Below, in pieces: positions 1 through 8,855 of a stretch of 64,000 nt of DNA. Numbering within the stretch: position 1 is the stretch's first letter; every line of letters begins with the position of its first letter. Under the pieces are notes generated by a model, which saw only the letters and a list, made by a program, of their open reading frames with translations, made no database searches and was not told the DNA's origin. Position numbers and translations under genes: made by a program. This DNA comes from an uncultured Acidobacteriota bacterium (GTDB taxonomy: Bacteria > Acidobacteriota > Thermoanaerobaculia > UBA5066 > DATFVB01): the NCBI GenBank assembly GCA_963813155.1, contig CAWEYG010000001.1, forward strand, positions 608,001 to 672,000, given 5' to 3'.

Positions 1-201
1 TCCCCACTTCTGGCCCGCCGCGGCGTTGGCGGCCAAAAGACCAGCCGCGACGATCAGAATTCTCGTCGGTCTTCGCTCCTGTCTAAACGGTGTCCGTTGC
101 TCCCGACGACTCCCTCGCTTTTCCCCGCGAAACAGAGATCGGACTGACCGGGCGAGGGCCCGGTTCTGGACGAGCGGATCAGCCGCGGCTAGCGCGCTCA
201 T
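1..201 (-). CDS. Hypothetical protein, N-terminal part (runs off the window start)
   Basis: ATG at 201 overlaps the stop of 198..740 (ATGA). The frame is open to position 1 and ends in a hydrophobic stretch (RILIVAAGLLAANAAAG). Confidence 0.35.
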   Translation of the reverse strand, partial: MSALAAADPLVQNRALARSVRSLFRGEKRGSRREQRTPFRQERRPTRILIVAAGLLAANAAAGQKWG

Positions 202-740
202 TTCGATTGCTGCAGGGTCGTCATGACGCCGTCAGTAAAGTAGACATATTCCGAATCGTTCATCACCCACTGGTCTCGCCGGTGTTCGATGCCGGACAGG
301 TCCTTGAAAATATCGGCGTTCACGCGCTGCGGTCGTCCCCATGCGGCGCGGACCTGCTCCGAGGTCATCCCGATATTGACCTTGTGAGCGGCGATCGTCG
401 CGCAATCCTCCCTCGACCATCCTGGATGCTTCTTCCAAATCTTTCCGGCGGGCGTTCTTAGGAATGTCGCCTCCGCCTTTTCCTCTTCCTTCTTCGCCGC
501 GGCGATTTCGGCGGGAGAGAGCGTTTTTTCGGGGAAGGAGTCGATCCTTGGGGTACTCGTTGACTGGTTCGGATGCGAAAACTGTCCGACAATCGCCGCG
601 AGCAGCCCGAACCCAAGGATTCCCAGGCATCCGATAGCGAGAGGCGAGGTCTTCTTCTTGATAGGCCGGCCGCATTTCGGGCAGAACGCCGCGGCCGTCG
701 AAACTTCCTGGCCGCAGTCGCGGCATTTCGCGAGGCTCAT
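198..740 (-). CDS. Zinc-ribbon, single-TM protein with a C-terminal BamE/SmpA-like motif (island cargo)
   Basis: N-terminal CRDC...CPKC, one TM helix, then IGMTSEQVRAAWGRP...QWV...YVYFTDG. Confidence 0.7.
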   Translation of the reverse strand: MSLAKCRDCGQEVSTAAAFCPKCGRPIKKKTSPLAIGCLGILGFGLLAAIVGQFSHPNQSTSTPRIDSFPEKTLSPAEIAAAKKEEEKAEATFLRTPAGKIWKKHPGWSREDCATIAAHKVNIGMTSEQVRAAWGRPQRVNADIFKDLSGIEHRRDQWVMNDSEYVYFTDGVMTTLQQSK

Positions 741-1450
741 GGGTTCGGCTGCTCGCAGCGGTAGGCAACACCAAGGAGCTTATTCTCCTCGCGTTGTGTC
801 ACCAGGACGACGTTCGCGCCGAGGCAGCCACCCATTAGCGAAAACAGCGAATCACGGCCCGCGTATTTGATCCACCTGTTTCGGCACTTGTATGGCTGGC
901 CTTCGTCGATTTCGCCCAGAATTTCGAGGTCATCGACCTTTTCGCACGTTCGGACGAGCGTTCGCTCGTTCGTCAAGCGGGCCCGTGGGAATTCGGCAGC
1001 CTGGCCAAGCGGAACTACTTCGCCGCGATAGATGGCGATTGTAGCTGCGATGTCATCTTTCAGACCGATCATGGACTCAGCCATGAGCCCGGCCTCTCCT
1101 TCTGCTATGTCATGGCCGACTTCTGGCGACATTCCGTGGCCAACTTCTTCGGCGCCTTTCGCCGCAGCAGTCGCTCTGGTAACGAACTCTCGTTCGATTT
1201 CAGTGGTGGCAAGCTCAGCGGACACTGCTGCCTCGACCTTCGCATCCGTCGCCATCTTCTGGAAGTCGAAGACGCGGACGTTTTTGTCCGACAGCGCAAC
1301 GTTCAGTGTCACAACCGCGCGGTAAAGCCTCGCGAATTTCTCCTGATTCGGTCTGGGTCGCGCTTTTGGCTGGGGCCGAGGTCGCGCGCCCGTCGTTGCT
1401 GCCGATGCTGGAAAACAGGCGATGAGACAGGCAAGGAAAATAGTTTTCAC
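737..1450 (-). CDS. Hypothetical secreted protein
   Basis: GTG start at 1450 gives a signal-peptide-like MKTIFLACLIACFPASA. The stop overlaps the next ATG. Confidence 0.55.
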   Translation of the reverse strand: MKTIFLACLIACFPASAATTGARPRPQPKARPRPNQEKFARLYRAVVTLNVALSDKNVRVFDFQKMATDAKVEAAVSAELATTEIEREFVTRATAAAKGAEEVGHGMSPEVGHDIAEGEAGLMAESMIGLKDDIAATIAIYRGEVVPLGQAAEFPRARLTNERTLVRTCEKVDDLEILGEIDEGQPYKCRNRWIKYAGRDSLFSLMGGCLGANVVLVTQREENKLLGVAYRCEQPNP

Positions 1451-1563
1451 GGCGCACCTCGGTTTGATTCGTTCGATTCTACTACCCTTGAACTCTCCCT
1501 GACTTCTCACCCGCACGGGAGGCCCGATTGACAGAATAACCGAAACAGTTTAGATTTATACTC

Positions 1564-1758
1564 ATGAGCATTGAAACAGGACGGCCGAACGCGGAAGAGC
1601 GGCGGGCCTTCGCGGCTTGGCTCGGCCGGAAGAGCTATTCGGCCCGCGTTGAGCGATTCGGAATCGAGCGCATCCGAGAGATCGCTCGCGAAAACGGGAA
1701 GAAGGGCGGCCGGCCGCGGAAGGTTGAAGAGGCGCGGCAGCTCGCCCTGAGAACCTAA
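1564..1758 (+). CDS. Small basic protein with a KGG/AT-hook-like motif (ENGKKGGRPRK)
   Basis: 64-aa ORF after an AT-rich divergent intergenic region. Confidence 0.55.
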   Translation: MSIETGRPNAEERRAFAAWLGRKSYSARVERFGIERIREIARENGKKGGRPRKVEEARQLALRT

Positions 1759-1967
1759 AGATCCTCGGGCTTCAAACCCGTCTTCTTTCCGATGAGCGCC
1801 ATCATTTGCGGTCGGATTTCGTCCGCATCATGGAACCAGAAGACAAAGTCGGGCCACCCCTCGCGCGAAAGCGTGCGATGTGAGCCGGCGCTCCTCTTGA
1901 CGGCCCATCCGATTCGGAGAAGCGCAGCAAGCGCTCGCCGGCTCTTCGCGGCCGGCCAAGCACTCAA
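1755..1967 (-). CDS. hicA: HicA-family mRNA interferase toxin
   Basis: LLRIGW...GSHRTL motif. The TTG start overlaps the hicB stop (TTGA). Confidence 0.85.
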   Translation of the reverse strand: MSAWPAAKSRRALAALLRIGWAVKRSAGSHRTLSREGWPDFVFWFHDADEIRPQMMALIGKKTGLKPEDL

Positions 1968-2182
1968 GCCGCCGCCGTCGGCGAACTGAACGTGACGTTG
2001 AGGTCTTCGGAAACCGCCTCTCCGTGTTCGAGGCGGTCGGCGAGAACGCGAAGGGCGAGAGCCTCCGCTTTCGCCATGGCTTCCTGGCGGCTGGATCCAT
2101 AGACGAGGCATCCGGGGATTTCGGGAACGTCGGCGATCCAGCGGCCGTCGTCTTCACGTGAAAACTCGATCGAGAGTTTCAT
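1964..2182 (-). CDS. hicB: HicB-family antitoxin (short form, no DNA-binding domain)
   Basis: EDDGRWIADVPEIPGCLVYG...EA signature. Confidence 0.9.
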   Translation of the reverse strand: MKLSIEFSREDDGRWIADVPEIPGCLVYGSSRQEAMAKAEALALRVLADRLEHGEAVSEDLNVTFSSPTAAA

Positions 2183-2210
2183 GGCAAGCCGGGCCTTCCC
2201 CCGCGAGGTT

Positions 2211-2285
2211 TGGTAGCCCCAACGGGAATCGAACCCGTGCTTTAGCCTTGAGAGGGCTACGTCCTAACCGCTAGACGATGGGGCC
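2211..2285 (-). tRNA. tRNA-Glu (anticodon CTC)
   Basis: Reverse complement GGCCCCATCGTCTAGCGGTTAGGACGTAGCC-CTCTCAA-GGCTAAAGCACGGGTTCGATTCCCGTTGGGGCTACCA folds as a cloverleaf with a TTCGA T-loop and encoded CCA. Confidence 0.97.
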
Positions 2286-2362
2286 ACGTCGCGGAAGCGC
2301 GGAATATAGCACAGGGAAATCGAACCTCCACGAGCCCGCGGCCGCGTCGGGCGGTAGGGGCC

Positions 2363-2479
2363 TCATTCCTGCGGCAATCGGTTTCCGCAGTTGGGGCACC
2401 GCGACGGGCCCCGGTCCTTCGCGCTGATTTTCCTCTTCCATGGGCAGCGGGTGCATCGAAGCGAGATCGTGGATTCCAT
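2363..2479 (-). CDS. 38-aa zinc-ribbon microprotein (CxxC...CxxC), not in the ORF track
   Basis: MESTISLRCTRCPWKRKISAKDRGPSRCPNCGNRLPQE, preceded by a strong SD (AAGGAGGAG). Confidence 0.65.
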   Translation of the reverse strand: MESTISLRCTRCPWKRKISAKDRGPSRCPNCGNRLPQE

Positions 2480-2620
2480 GTTCTCCTCCTTCGTTTCTCG
2501 GAAGGAGGGAACAGCAACACGCGATCCAGGGGTTAAGTCCTTGTTTTTCCGACTCTCCGCCCGTCCCGGTCCGGATCCCGGAGAACGCGTCTGGAATCCG
2601 GACGTTCCAGCCGCGTTGGG

Positions 2621-3870
2621 TCAGAGCTTCCAGGGCGTCGAGAAATGCGCCACGAAAGCGATACGCTCGTAACCGACGACCCACACGTGCAGGAGGCCCG
2701 GCTCGCCCGACTTCGCGCCACAGGTAGATCCCGTCCATTCCGGCGAGGTGGTTGTCGACGAGGTTCCCCTTCGAGTCGAGAAGAAAGAGGTACCGCGGGC
2801 GGTCCTCGGACAGCTCCGCCGCTCTCTCTGCCTCGGTCGCATGAATGATCGGAGTTCCGATTCCCGAAACGATCTTGAGCACGTCCGATTCGGCGGAAGG
2901 AACGCTCGATCGGGCCGCGAGCGAGGCGAGCCGCGAATCGGCGAAGAGAATCCGGTAGCCGTTCGCGAACGCGATTTCGATCTCGGGGAAAGGCTCCCCT
3001 CCTCCGGGCACCCGGACGGTTCGCGACGTCATTCCGGCGGGGTGCGCGAGCCACGACAGCTCGCACTTCATCGGGTCCTTCGGGTTGTAGAAGCCCGGCT
3101 CGGAGAAGCGGGCCGTCGCAATCGGCTGGTTCGCGGCCGCCGAGAAGTCGCCGTAGTTCGCGACCGCGGGAGTCAGGATGAGTTTTCGTTTGCCGATCTG
3201 CTCGGGAAGGCCCTGGAGCGCGTCGCGAAGATGGAGGTCCGCGAGATCCCAGCTTCGTTTCCTTCTCCACGCGCCGAAGGTCGGCCAGGGGAACGGGCAG
3301 GCCCTCCATTTTCGGATAGCTCGCCAGGAGCGGCTCCACCCCGGCGAACGGCACGGAGTTGACCTCGCCGAACAGGCGGGCGTATTCCGGCTTCGGGAAA
3401 TCGAGCCAGGCGTGGAAAACGGGCACCGTCTTCCCGCCCGATTTCTGCGCGAGCTTGATCTCCCAGAGGCCTTCGCGAAGGCAGTTGTTCGCGAGGCTGA
3501 AATCGAGGCCTCCGGGAAGATCGTGATGCACTTCGTTTCGGTTGAATTCCCGCTGGATGAGCGCGATCTGCGCGAGCGGCGCCGAGCCCCGCGCGGTTTC
3601 GGCACCCGCGGGACGAGGAGGCGAAGATCGACGGCGGGAAGCTCCAGTCCGGCCTCCGGGGGAAGCAGGCGAACGCCGTACGATCCGTTGGGAAGGCGGG
3701 TCAACTCGATCGACTGGAACGCGCGAACGGGCGCTTCGGGCGACGGGGCGATTTTCTCCGCGACGAGCGGCAGGGAAATCGGCGCCTCCTGCGGCCGGCG
3801 AGGCAGCACAGAGAAGCGGCGCAAATAGAACGGCGGCCAGCGCGAGAGAGCGAGAGACTCGGTGTTTCAT
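2621..3870 (-). CDS. Hypothetical secreted protein (about 415 aa) split by several apparent frameshifts
   Basis: Signal peptide at 3870. Protein-like segments alternate between ORFs 2533..3870, 2271..3824 and 2621..2842. Confidence 0.6.
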
Positions 3871-3923
3871 CGGAAAAATCTAACACGGGGACGTGAAGTT
3901 CGCATCTTCGGAATCCTGCGCCC

Positions 3924-3950
3924 AAAAAAACAGGCGCCCGTGAGGGCGCC
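3924..3950 (-). terminator. Intrinsic terminator of the pilin gene
   Basis: GGCGCCC-TCAC-GGGCGCC stem-loop followed by a T-tract on the minus strand. Confidence 0.75.
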
Positions 3951-3982
3951 GAAGCTTCGCAGGAAAATTGAATTTGTAAGGC

Positions 3983-4495
3983 TTAGTGCTGAGGCCCGTC
4001 GGGATAGGCGATGAAAGTCCCGTTCGAGTAGACGATGTCCGCATTGAAATCGGTCGTCGTTCCGCAGTTCGCTCCGCCGGAGGACGGCAGCTCTGGGTCC
4101 GCCGCACCGTCGCGACCCGTCGACGCGATCGTGTACGACTGACCGGCCGAGTCGCGCCCGTACAGCATCGGCTTCTGCCAGCCGTCCTGGAACGGCGGCT
4201 GGGCAATGTAGGTCGGCTTCAGAAGCGTGAACGACCCGGACGCGACCGCTGTGCCGGCCGGAAACGTCGGGCAGCTCGTCGCGGTCGGGTACTGGTTGTT
4301 GTCGACGTTGTACGACTCGATCGCGATCGCGAGGTTGCGGATGTCGGACATCGTCCGCTTCTGCTTGCCGCGCTGGAGAGCGTTGAGAAGATTCGGGATC
4401 GCGATGGCGGCCAGGATGCCGATGATCGCAATCACGATGAGCAGCTCGATCAGGGTGAAACCGGACGACCTTCGTCGGAGTGAGAGTCTAGTCAT
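3983..4495 (-). CDS. Type IV pilin / GspG-like pseudopilin
   Basis: Prepilin motif GFTLIELLIVIAIIGILAAIAIPN and GspG-like DGWQKP...YTIASTGRDG. SD AAGGAG. Confidence 0.9.
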   Translation of the reverse strand: MTRLSLRRRSSGFTLIELLIVIAIIGILAAIAIPNLLNALQRGKQKRTMSDIRNLAIAIESYNVDNNQYPTATSCPTFPAGTAVASGSFTLLKPTYIAQPPFQDGWQKPMLYGRDSAGQSYTIASTGRDGAADPELPSSGGANCGTTTDFNADIVYSNGTFIAYPDGPQH

Positions 4496-4520
4496 TTTTG
4501 AACTCCTTCGGGAGCAAAGG

Positions 4521-4536
4521 AGCAAGAAACGGGCCG
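4521..4536 (-). promoter_or_regulatory. Sigma-54 (-24/-12) promoter candidate for the pilin gene
   Basis: Minus strand CGGCCCGTTTCTTGCT has GG-N10-GC spacing, about 25 nt upstream of the ATG. Confidence 0.55.
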
Positions 4537-4704
4537 TGCCAGTCCCTCTATAAGAATCATGAGGTTCCGCCTCCCCCTCGCTCGCCAGCAGCCAATTACC
4601 GGCCGATGCCGACGCCGGCAGAACCAAAATACGTCATCTCAGTGACGATATGAAATTCACGAAAATTATGTCGTATTTGGAGCGCATCCGCTAGAATCCC
4701 GCGG

Positions 4705-5028
4705 ATGAGGAAACACGACGACGGCCAGAATCGCGGTTGGCGGTTTCTCTCGAATCCTGCCCGCGTTTTGATCTGTCTCGCGAAAGACTCCACTCTCTCG
4801 ATGCGCGAGATGGCGCTCGAACTGGAGATAACCGAGCGCGCCGTCCAGAGGATCGTGAACGGCCTCGCGGCAGCCCGGTACCTGAAAAAGACCCGCCAGG
4901 GGCGCCGGAATCATTACGAAATCGACAACCGGCTCCCGATTCGCCACCTGCTGGCCCTCGAACGCGAAGCGCGGAAGCCGTCCGTCTCGGCGCTGACCCG
5001 GAAACCGCGGCGCTCGAAACTCCGGTGA
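4705..5028 (+). CDS. Winged HTH transcriptional regulator (AsnC/ArsR/MarR-like)
   Basis: WRFLSNPARVL...ITERAVQRIV...GRRNHY. Confidence 0.85.
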   Translation: MRKHDDGQNRGWRFLSNPARVLICLAKDSTLSMREMALELEITERAVQRIVNGLAAARYLKKTRQGRRNHYEIDNRLPIRHLLALEREARKPSVSALTRKPRRSKLR

Positions 5029-5051
5029 ATTTTCTCGCGTAGGATTCCGGG

Positions 5052-6389
5052 GTGAAATCTCGCAACCCGGCGCCGCGGCGCGCGCTCACCGCCGTGCCCC
5101 TGGCGGCGGCCGCCTACTTCATGGTGTCCGGAGGACCGTATGGTCTCGAGGAGATCGTGCAGAAGACGGGCTATCGCGGAGCCATCGCCATCCTCCTGCT
5201 CGTCCCGCTCGTTTGGAGCCTTCCGGCGGCGCTGATGGTCGCGGAGCTTTCCAGCTCGCTCCCGGAGGAAGGGGGCTACTACGCGTGGGTGCGGCGCGCG
5301 CTCGGACCGTTCTGGGGATTCCAGGAAGCCTGGCTCTCGCTCGTGGCGAGCGTCTTCGACATGGCGATCTATCCAACGCTGTTCGTTCTCTACATGACGC
5401 ATTTCTTTCCGGCGATCCGCGGCGCCGGCCCCGAGTTCGCACTCGGCGCGGCGATGATCGCGCTGTGCACCGCGTGGAACCTCCTCGGGGCCCGTTCGGT
5501 CGGCAACTCTTCGGTCGTCCTGGGCGTCGCGCTGCTCGCGCCGTTCGCCGCGATCTGCGCGCTCGGCTTCCTGCGCCCCGTCGCCCCGCACCCCGCGCCG
5601 CTCGCCGCAAGGCCGGAGGTTCTCGGCGGGGTTCTCATCGCGCTCTGGAACTACATGGGGTGGGACAACGCGTCGACCGTCGCGGGAGAAGTGGAGCGGC
5701 CGCAGCGCGCGTACCCCGCCGCGATCCTCGGGACGATGCTCCTGGTCGTCGTCACGTACGTCCTTCCGGTCGCGGCGGCGGCCTCCGCCGGCATCGATCC
5801 GAGCCGCTGGACGACCGGCTCGTGGACCGAAGTCGCGTCGGAGCTCGGCGGGACCGCGCTCGCGGGAGCGGTCGTCGCGGGCGGCGCCGTGTGCGCCTTC
5901 GGAATGTTCAACGCCCTGGTTCTTTCCTATTCTCGCGTTCCCGCGGCGCTCGCCGACGACGGCCTTCTGCCCCGAGTCCTCGCGTATCGGTCGCGCCGCA
6001 CGTCCGCGCCCGTCGTCTCCATCGTCGCATGCGCGGTCTGCTGGACGGTGGGCCTCACGCTGGGGTTCGACCGCCTGATCGAGCTCGACGTCCTTCTCTA
6101 CGGGGGCAGCCTCCTGCTCGAGTTCGTCGCCCTCGCGCGGCTCCGCGTTCGCGAGCCCGGCCTTCGGCGGCCCTTTCGCGTTCCGGGAGGCCTCGCGGGA
6201 ACCGTGCTGCTCGCCCTCGGGCCCCTGGCGCTGCTCTCTGTCGCGCTCGTTCAGAACCGCGGAGAGCGGATCGGGCCCATTGGAGCGCTCACGTTCGGTG
6301 CCGCTCTCGCGCTCCTCGGGCCGATTCTCTATTTCGCCATGCTGCGCGGAAGGAAGCGGCCGCGCGAAACGGGACCGCCGGGCAGCTGA
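5052..6389 (+). CDS. APC-family amino acid/polyamine permease
   Basis: About 12 TM helices; VSGGPYGLE, PEEGGYYAWV, WNYMGWD and RPFRVP motifs. Confidence 0.92.
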   Translation: MKSRNPAPRRALTAVPLAAAAYFMVSGGPYGLEEIVQKTGYRGAIAILLLVPLVWSLPAALMVAELSSSLPEEGGYYAWVRRALGPFWGFQEAWLSLVASVFDMAIYPTLFVLYMTHFFPAIRGAGPEFALGAAMIALCTAWNLLGARSVGNSSVVLGVALLAPFAAICALGFLRPVAPHPAPLAARPEVLGGVLIALWNYMGWDNASTVAGEVERPQRAYPAAILGTMLLVVVTYVLPVAAAASAGIDPSRWTTGSWTEVASELGGTALAGAVVAGGAVCAFGMFNALVLSYSRVPAALADDGLLPRVLAYRSRRTSAPVVSIVACAVCWTVGLTLGFDRLIELDVLLYGGSLLLEFVALARLRVREPGLRRPFRVPGGLAGTVLLALGPLALLSVALVQNRGERIGPIGALTFGAALALLGPILYFAMLRGRKRPRETGPPGS

Positions 6390-6393
6390 GGCC

Positions 6394-6888
6394 TCAGCCG
6401 GGCGGAGGAGAGTATTTCCGGCGGTCCTTCCCTTCTTCCGGAGCAAACACGTCGTGGCAGGACTGGCAGGTCCCGTAGATCGACAGGATCCGGCTGGAGA
6501 CGGCCGTCCGGTCCGAGAGTTTCGGCAGGTCGGAAGAAAAGCCCGTCACTTTCTTCTCGAGATCGCCCATCCTCGTCTTGAAATCGTCGAGCGAACCGTT
6601 CTTCGTCGGGGGCGGATACCGGTCGATTTCGCGGGCGAGCGCGGACATGTACTCGAGCGCGAGCCGCATGTTCGCAACGTCGTTCTGGCGGAATGCGGAC
6701 CAGAGCGCCTTGTAATTGGGCATCATCCCGTCGCCCATCAGGTGCTTGAGCTTGTAGTAATCGCGCTCCGGAGGGACGGGCGAATACGTCTTCCCCGCGG
6801 AATCGGCTTGAAGCGCGGGGACCCAGACGGAGCCGGCTCCGGCCAGCAGGACCCCCGCAATCGCGATGCCGAGGCCTCGAACTCTCAT
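6394..6888 (-). CDS. Class II (c'-like) cytochrome c
   Basis: Signal peptide, helical body, and a single C-terminal CQSCH. Confidence 0.75.
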   Translation of the reverse strand: MRVRGLGIAIAGVLLAGAGSVWVPALQADSAGKTYSPVPPERDYYKLKHLMGDGMMPNYKALWSAFRQNDVANMRLALEYMSALAREIDRYPPPTKNGSLDDFKTRMGDLEKKVTGFSSDLPKLSDRTAVSSRILSIYGTCQSCHDVFAPEEGKDRRKYSPPPG

Positions 6889-6951
6889 CGGACAAAAGAC
6901 TAGCGTTTGGGCCGGGGTTTCGAGCGTCCGAAAGGATTTCTTAATGGAGAG

Positions 6952-8043
6952 TCAGACGCCGCTCCGGGGCGCCCGGAGCCATTCCCGGTGATGGGTTTCG
7001 AGCACGTCCTCGCAGAATCCGAGCTCCCGGAAGATCGCCTCCGCCCCGCTGGCCTTCTGGAGCCGGCCCGAGAGCTCGGAAAGGGCATGGTGCGCCCCCG
7101 CGAGACGCGCCCGATCGGACGCAAATCCGGACTCGTCGCGGAAAAGCCGTAGTGCCATTGCGAGAGCGGGCAGAACCACCGCGACGACCGCGGCGATGGC
7201 GCTCCAGATCGCGCGAGGAACCCGCGGGACCGAGGCGAGGCCGACGAAAGGCAGGTCGAGGAAGAGGTGCGCGGCCACCAGGGCCACGGCCGCGAAGAAC
7301 AGGGCCGACGACAGTCGAACGACACCGTCCCGGGCCGGCAATCGGCCGATCGCGCGGCCGAGCTCGTCGAGCCGGGGGTCGAGACGCCGCTCCTGGTAGT
7401 AGTCGACGAGGGTGTGGACGGTATGCGTGTCGATTCCGCTCCCGACCGGCAGGGTCGGAGCGAACGCAACGGTGTCCCGGGAGGCCCAGTCGGCGAGCCG
7501 GTCGGCCGTCAGCGTCTGAATCTCTCCCGCGTCCCGCCGGAAACGTTCGCGGCGATCCTCGGACTCGCTTCCCCGGCGCGTCCAGAGGGCCGGATCGACG
7601 AGAAAACGATACTTGAGAAGGCGGCACCGCTCGGCTCGGTGAAGCTCCAGCACGGACTTCCGAGACGCTCCGGAGGCGGCATTCCACCCGCCGGCGCCGA
7701 GCGCGAGAGCCGCCGCGGCGGCTTCGGCGATGCGGATCGCGTTCGTCGCCGCGGCGGAGGGAGCGGGCATCCACGAGGCAAGGGAAATCTGCAGGGCGAG
7801 CAGGGCGAGGGCCGCGAATCCCGCTCCGACGGACCAGAGCGTCAGACTCCGAAGGCGGGATGCGAGCCTCGAAGCTTCCTGCGACGAGCGCTCATGGATG
7901 GGAAGCAGGAGCTCCCGCGACATCGCGAGAGCGTCGTGCAGCGGGTACGAAGAAGCCAGGGCCTCCGGCGGATCGTCCACGTCGGAGCGATCGCTTCGGG
8001 GCGGCACGGAATTTTCCGGACGTTCGCGCTCCGCAGCCGTCAT
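6952..8043 (-). CDS. Membrane protein with two TM hairpins (SLATT/DUF4231-like)
   Basis: Two TM pairs, each followed by a helical segment (RAERCRLLKYRFL; EDVLETHHREW). Confidence 0.5.
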   Translation of the reverse strand: MTAAERERPENSVPPRSDRSDVDDPPEALASSYPLHDALAMSRELLLPIHERSSQEASRLASRLRSLTLWSVGAGFAALALLALQISLASWMPAPSAAATNAIRIAEAAAAALALGAGGWNAASGASRKSVLELHRAERCRLLKYRFLVDPALWTRRGSESEDRRERFRRDAGEIQTLTADRLADWASRDTVAFAPTLPVGSGIDTHTVHTLVDYYQERRLDPRLDELGRAIGRLPARDGVVRLSSALFFAAVALVAAHLFLDLPFVGLASVPRVPRAIWSAIAAVVAVVLPALAMALRLFRDESGFASDRARLAGAHHALSELSGRLQKASGAEAIFRELGFCEDVLETHHREWLRAPRSGV

Positions 8044-8126
8044 GAAAGCCCTCCTCGCAAAGCCCGAGTTTTCTTCTTGAGGAGGCAAAGCTATCGCAAA
8101 GAACCGCCGCGCTCAAGGACGCCGCT

Positions 8127-8855
8127 TCAGCCGATCAGCGGCAGCTCCACGAAGAAACGGCTCCCCTGGCCGAGCTTGCTTTCGACCCGAACCTGTCCCT
8201 TGTGCGCTTCGACGATCCAGCGGACGATCGACAGGCCGAGCCCGGAGCCTCCGCGGTAGGCGCGGCGCGCGCGGTCCGAACGGAAGAAGCGGTCGAAGAC
8301 GTAAGGCATGTCTTTCTCGTCAATTCCCACTCCCGTGTCCTCGACGACGACGACAGCGTTTCCGTCCGAGACCTCGACGCGAACCGCGACGTGGCCCTTC
8401 TCCGTGTAGCGAATCGCGTTCTCGAGCAGGTTGTGGAGCACTTCCTTCAGCCTGTTCTTGTCGCAGAGGACCTCGGCGCGGGGAACGGCGGCGGAAAACT
8501 CCATGCCGAGGCTCTTCTCCGCGGCGGACGCCTCGAACTCGCCCGCGATCGTCTCCGCGAACCGGCAGAGATCGACCCGCGAAAGGGACATCGTGACGCG
8601 CCCCGACGTGCCGCGCGACAGGAAGAGGAGGTTCTCCGAGATGCGGATCAGGTGCTGGATTTCCACGAGCGCCTCCGAAAGAGCCTGCCGGTACTCGTCG
8701 GCGGAACGCTCCCCTTCGATCGCGACTTCGATCCCCCCGCGAAGAATCGTCAGGGGCGTGCGAAGCTCGTGGGACACGTCGGCGATGAACTGGGCCTGCT
8801 CGAGCTCGCGCCGATCGAGCTCGGCGAGCCGCTCCTCGATCGGTTCTTCGCTCAC
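8127..8855 (-). CDS. Histidine kinase (HisKA + HATPase only; no sensor or TM domain)
   Basis: FIADVSHELRTPL, NLLENAIRYT, DTGVGI and GSGLGL. The GTG start overlaps the regulator stop. Confidence 0.88.
   Translation of the reverse strand: MSEEPIEERLAELDRRELEQAQFIADVSHELRTPLTILRGGIEVAIEGERSADEYRQALSEALVEIQHLIRISENLLFLSRGTSGRVTMSLSRVDLCRFAETIAGEFEASAAEKSLGMEFSAAVPRAEVLCDKNRLKEVLHNLLENAIRYTEKGHVAVRVEVSDGNAVVVVEDTGVGIDEKDMPYVFDRFFRSDRARRAYRGGSGLGLSIVRWIVEAHKGQVRVESKLGQGSRFFVELPLIG

Larger units (their letters stand above)
1..2210. mobile_element. Right edge of a genomic island or prophage remnant integrated at the tRNA-Glu 3' end
   Basis: Abuts the tRNA CCA end, looks more AT-rich than the flank, and carries a TA module and hypothetical genes. 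No integrase in the window. Confidence 0.55.
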
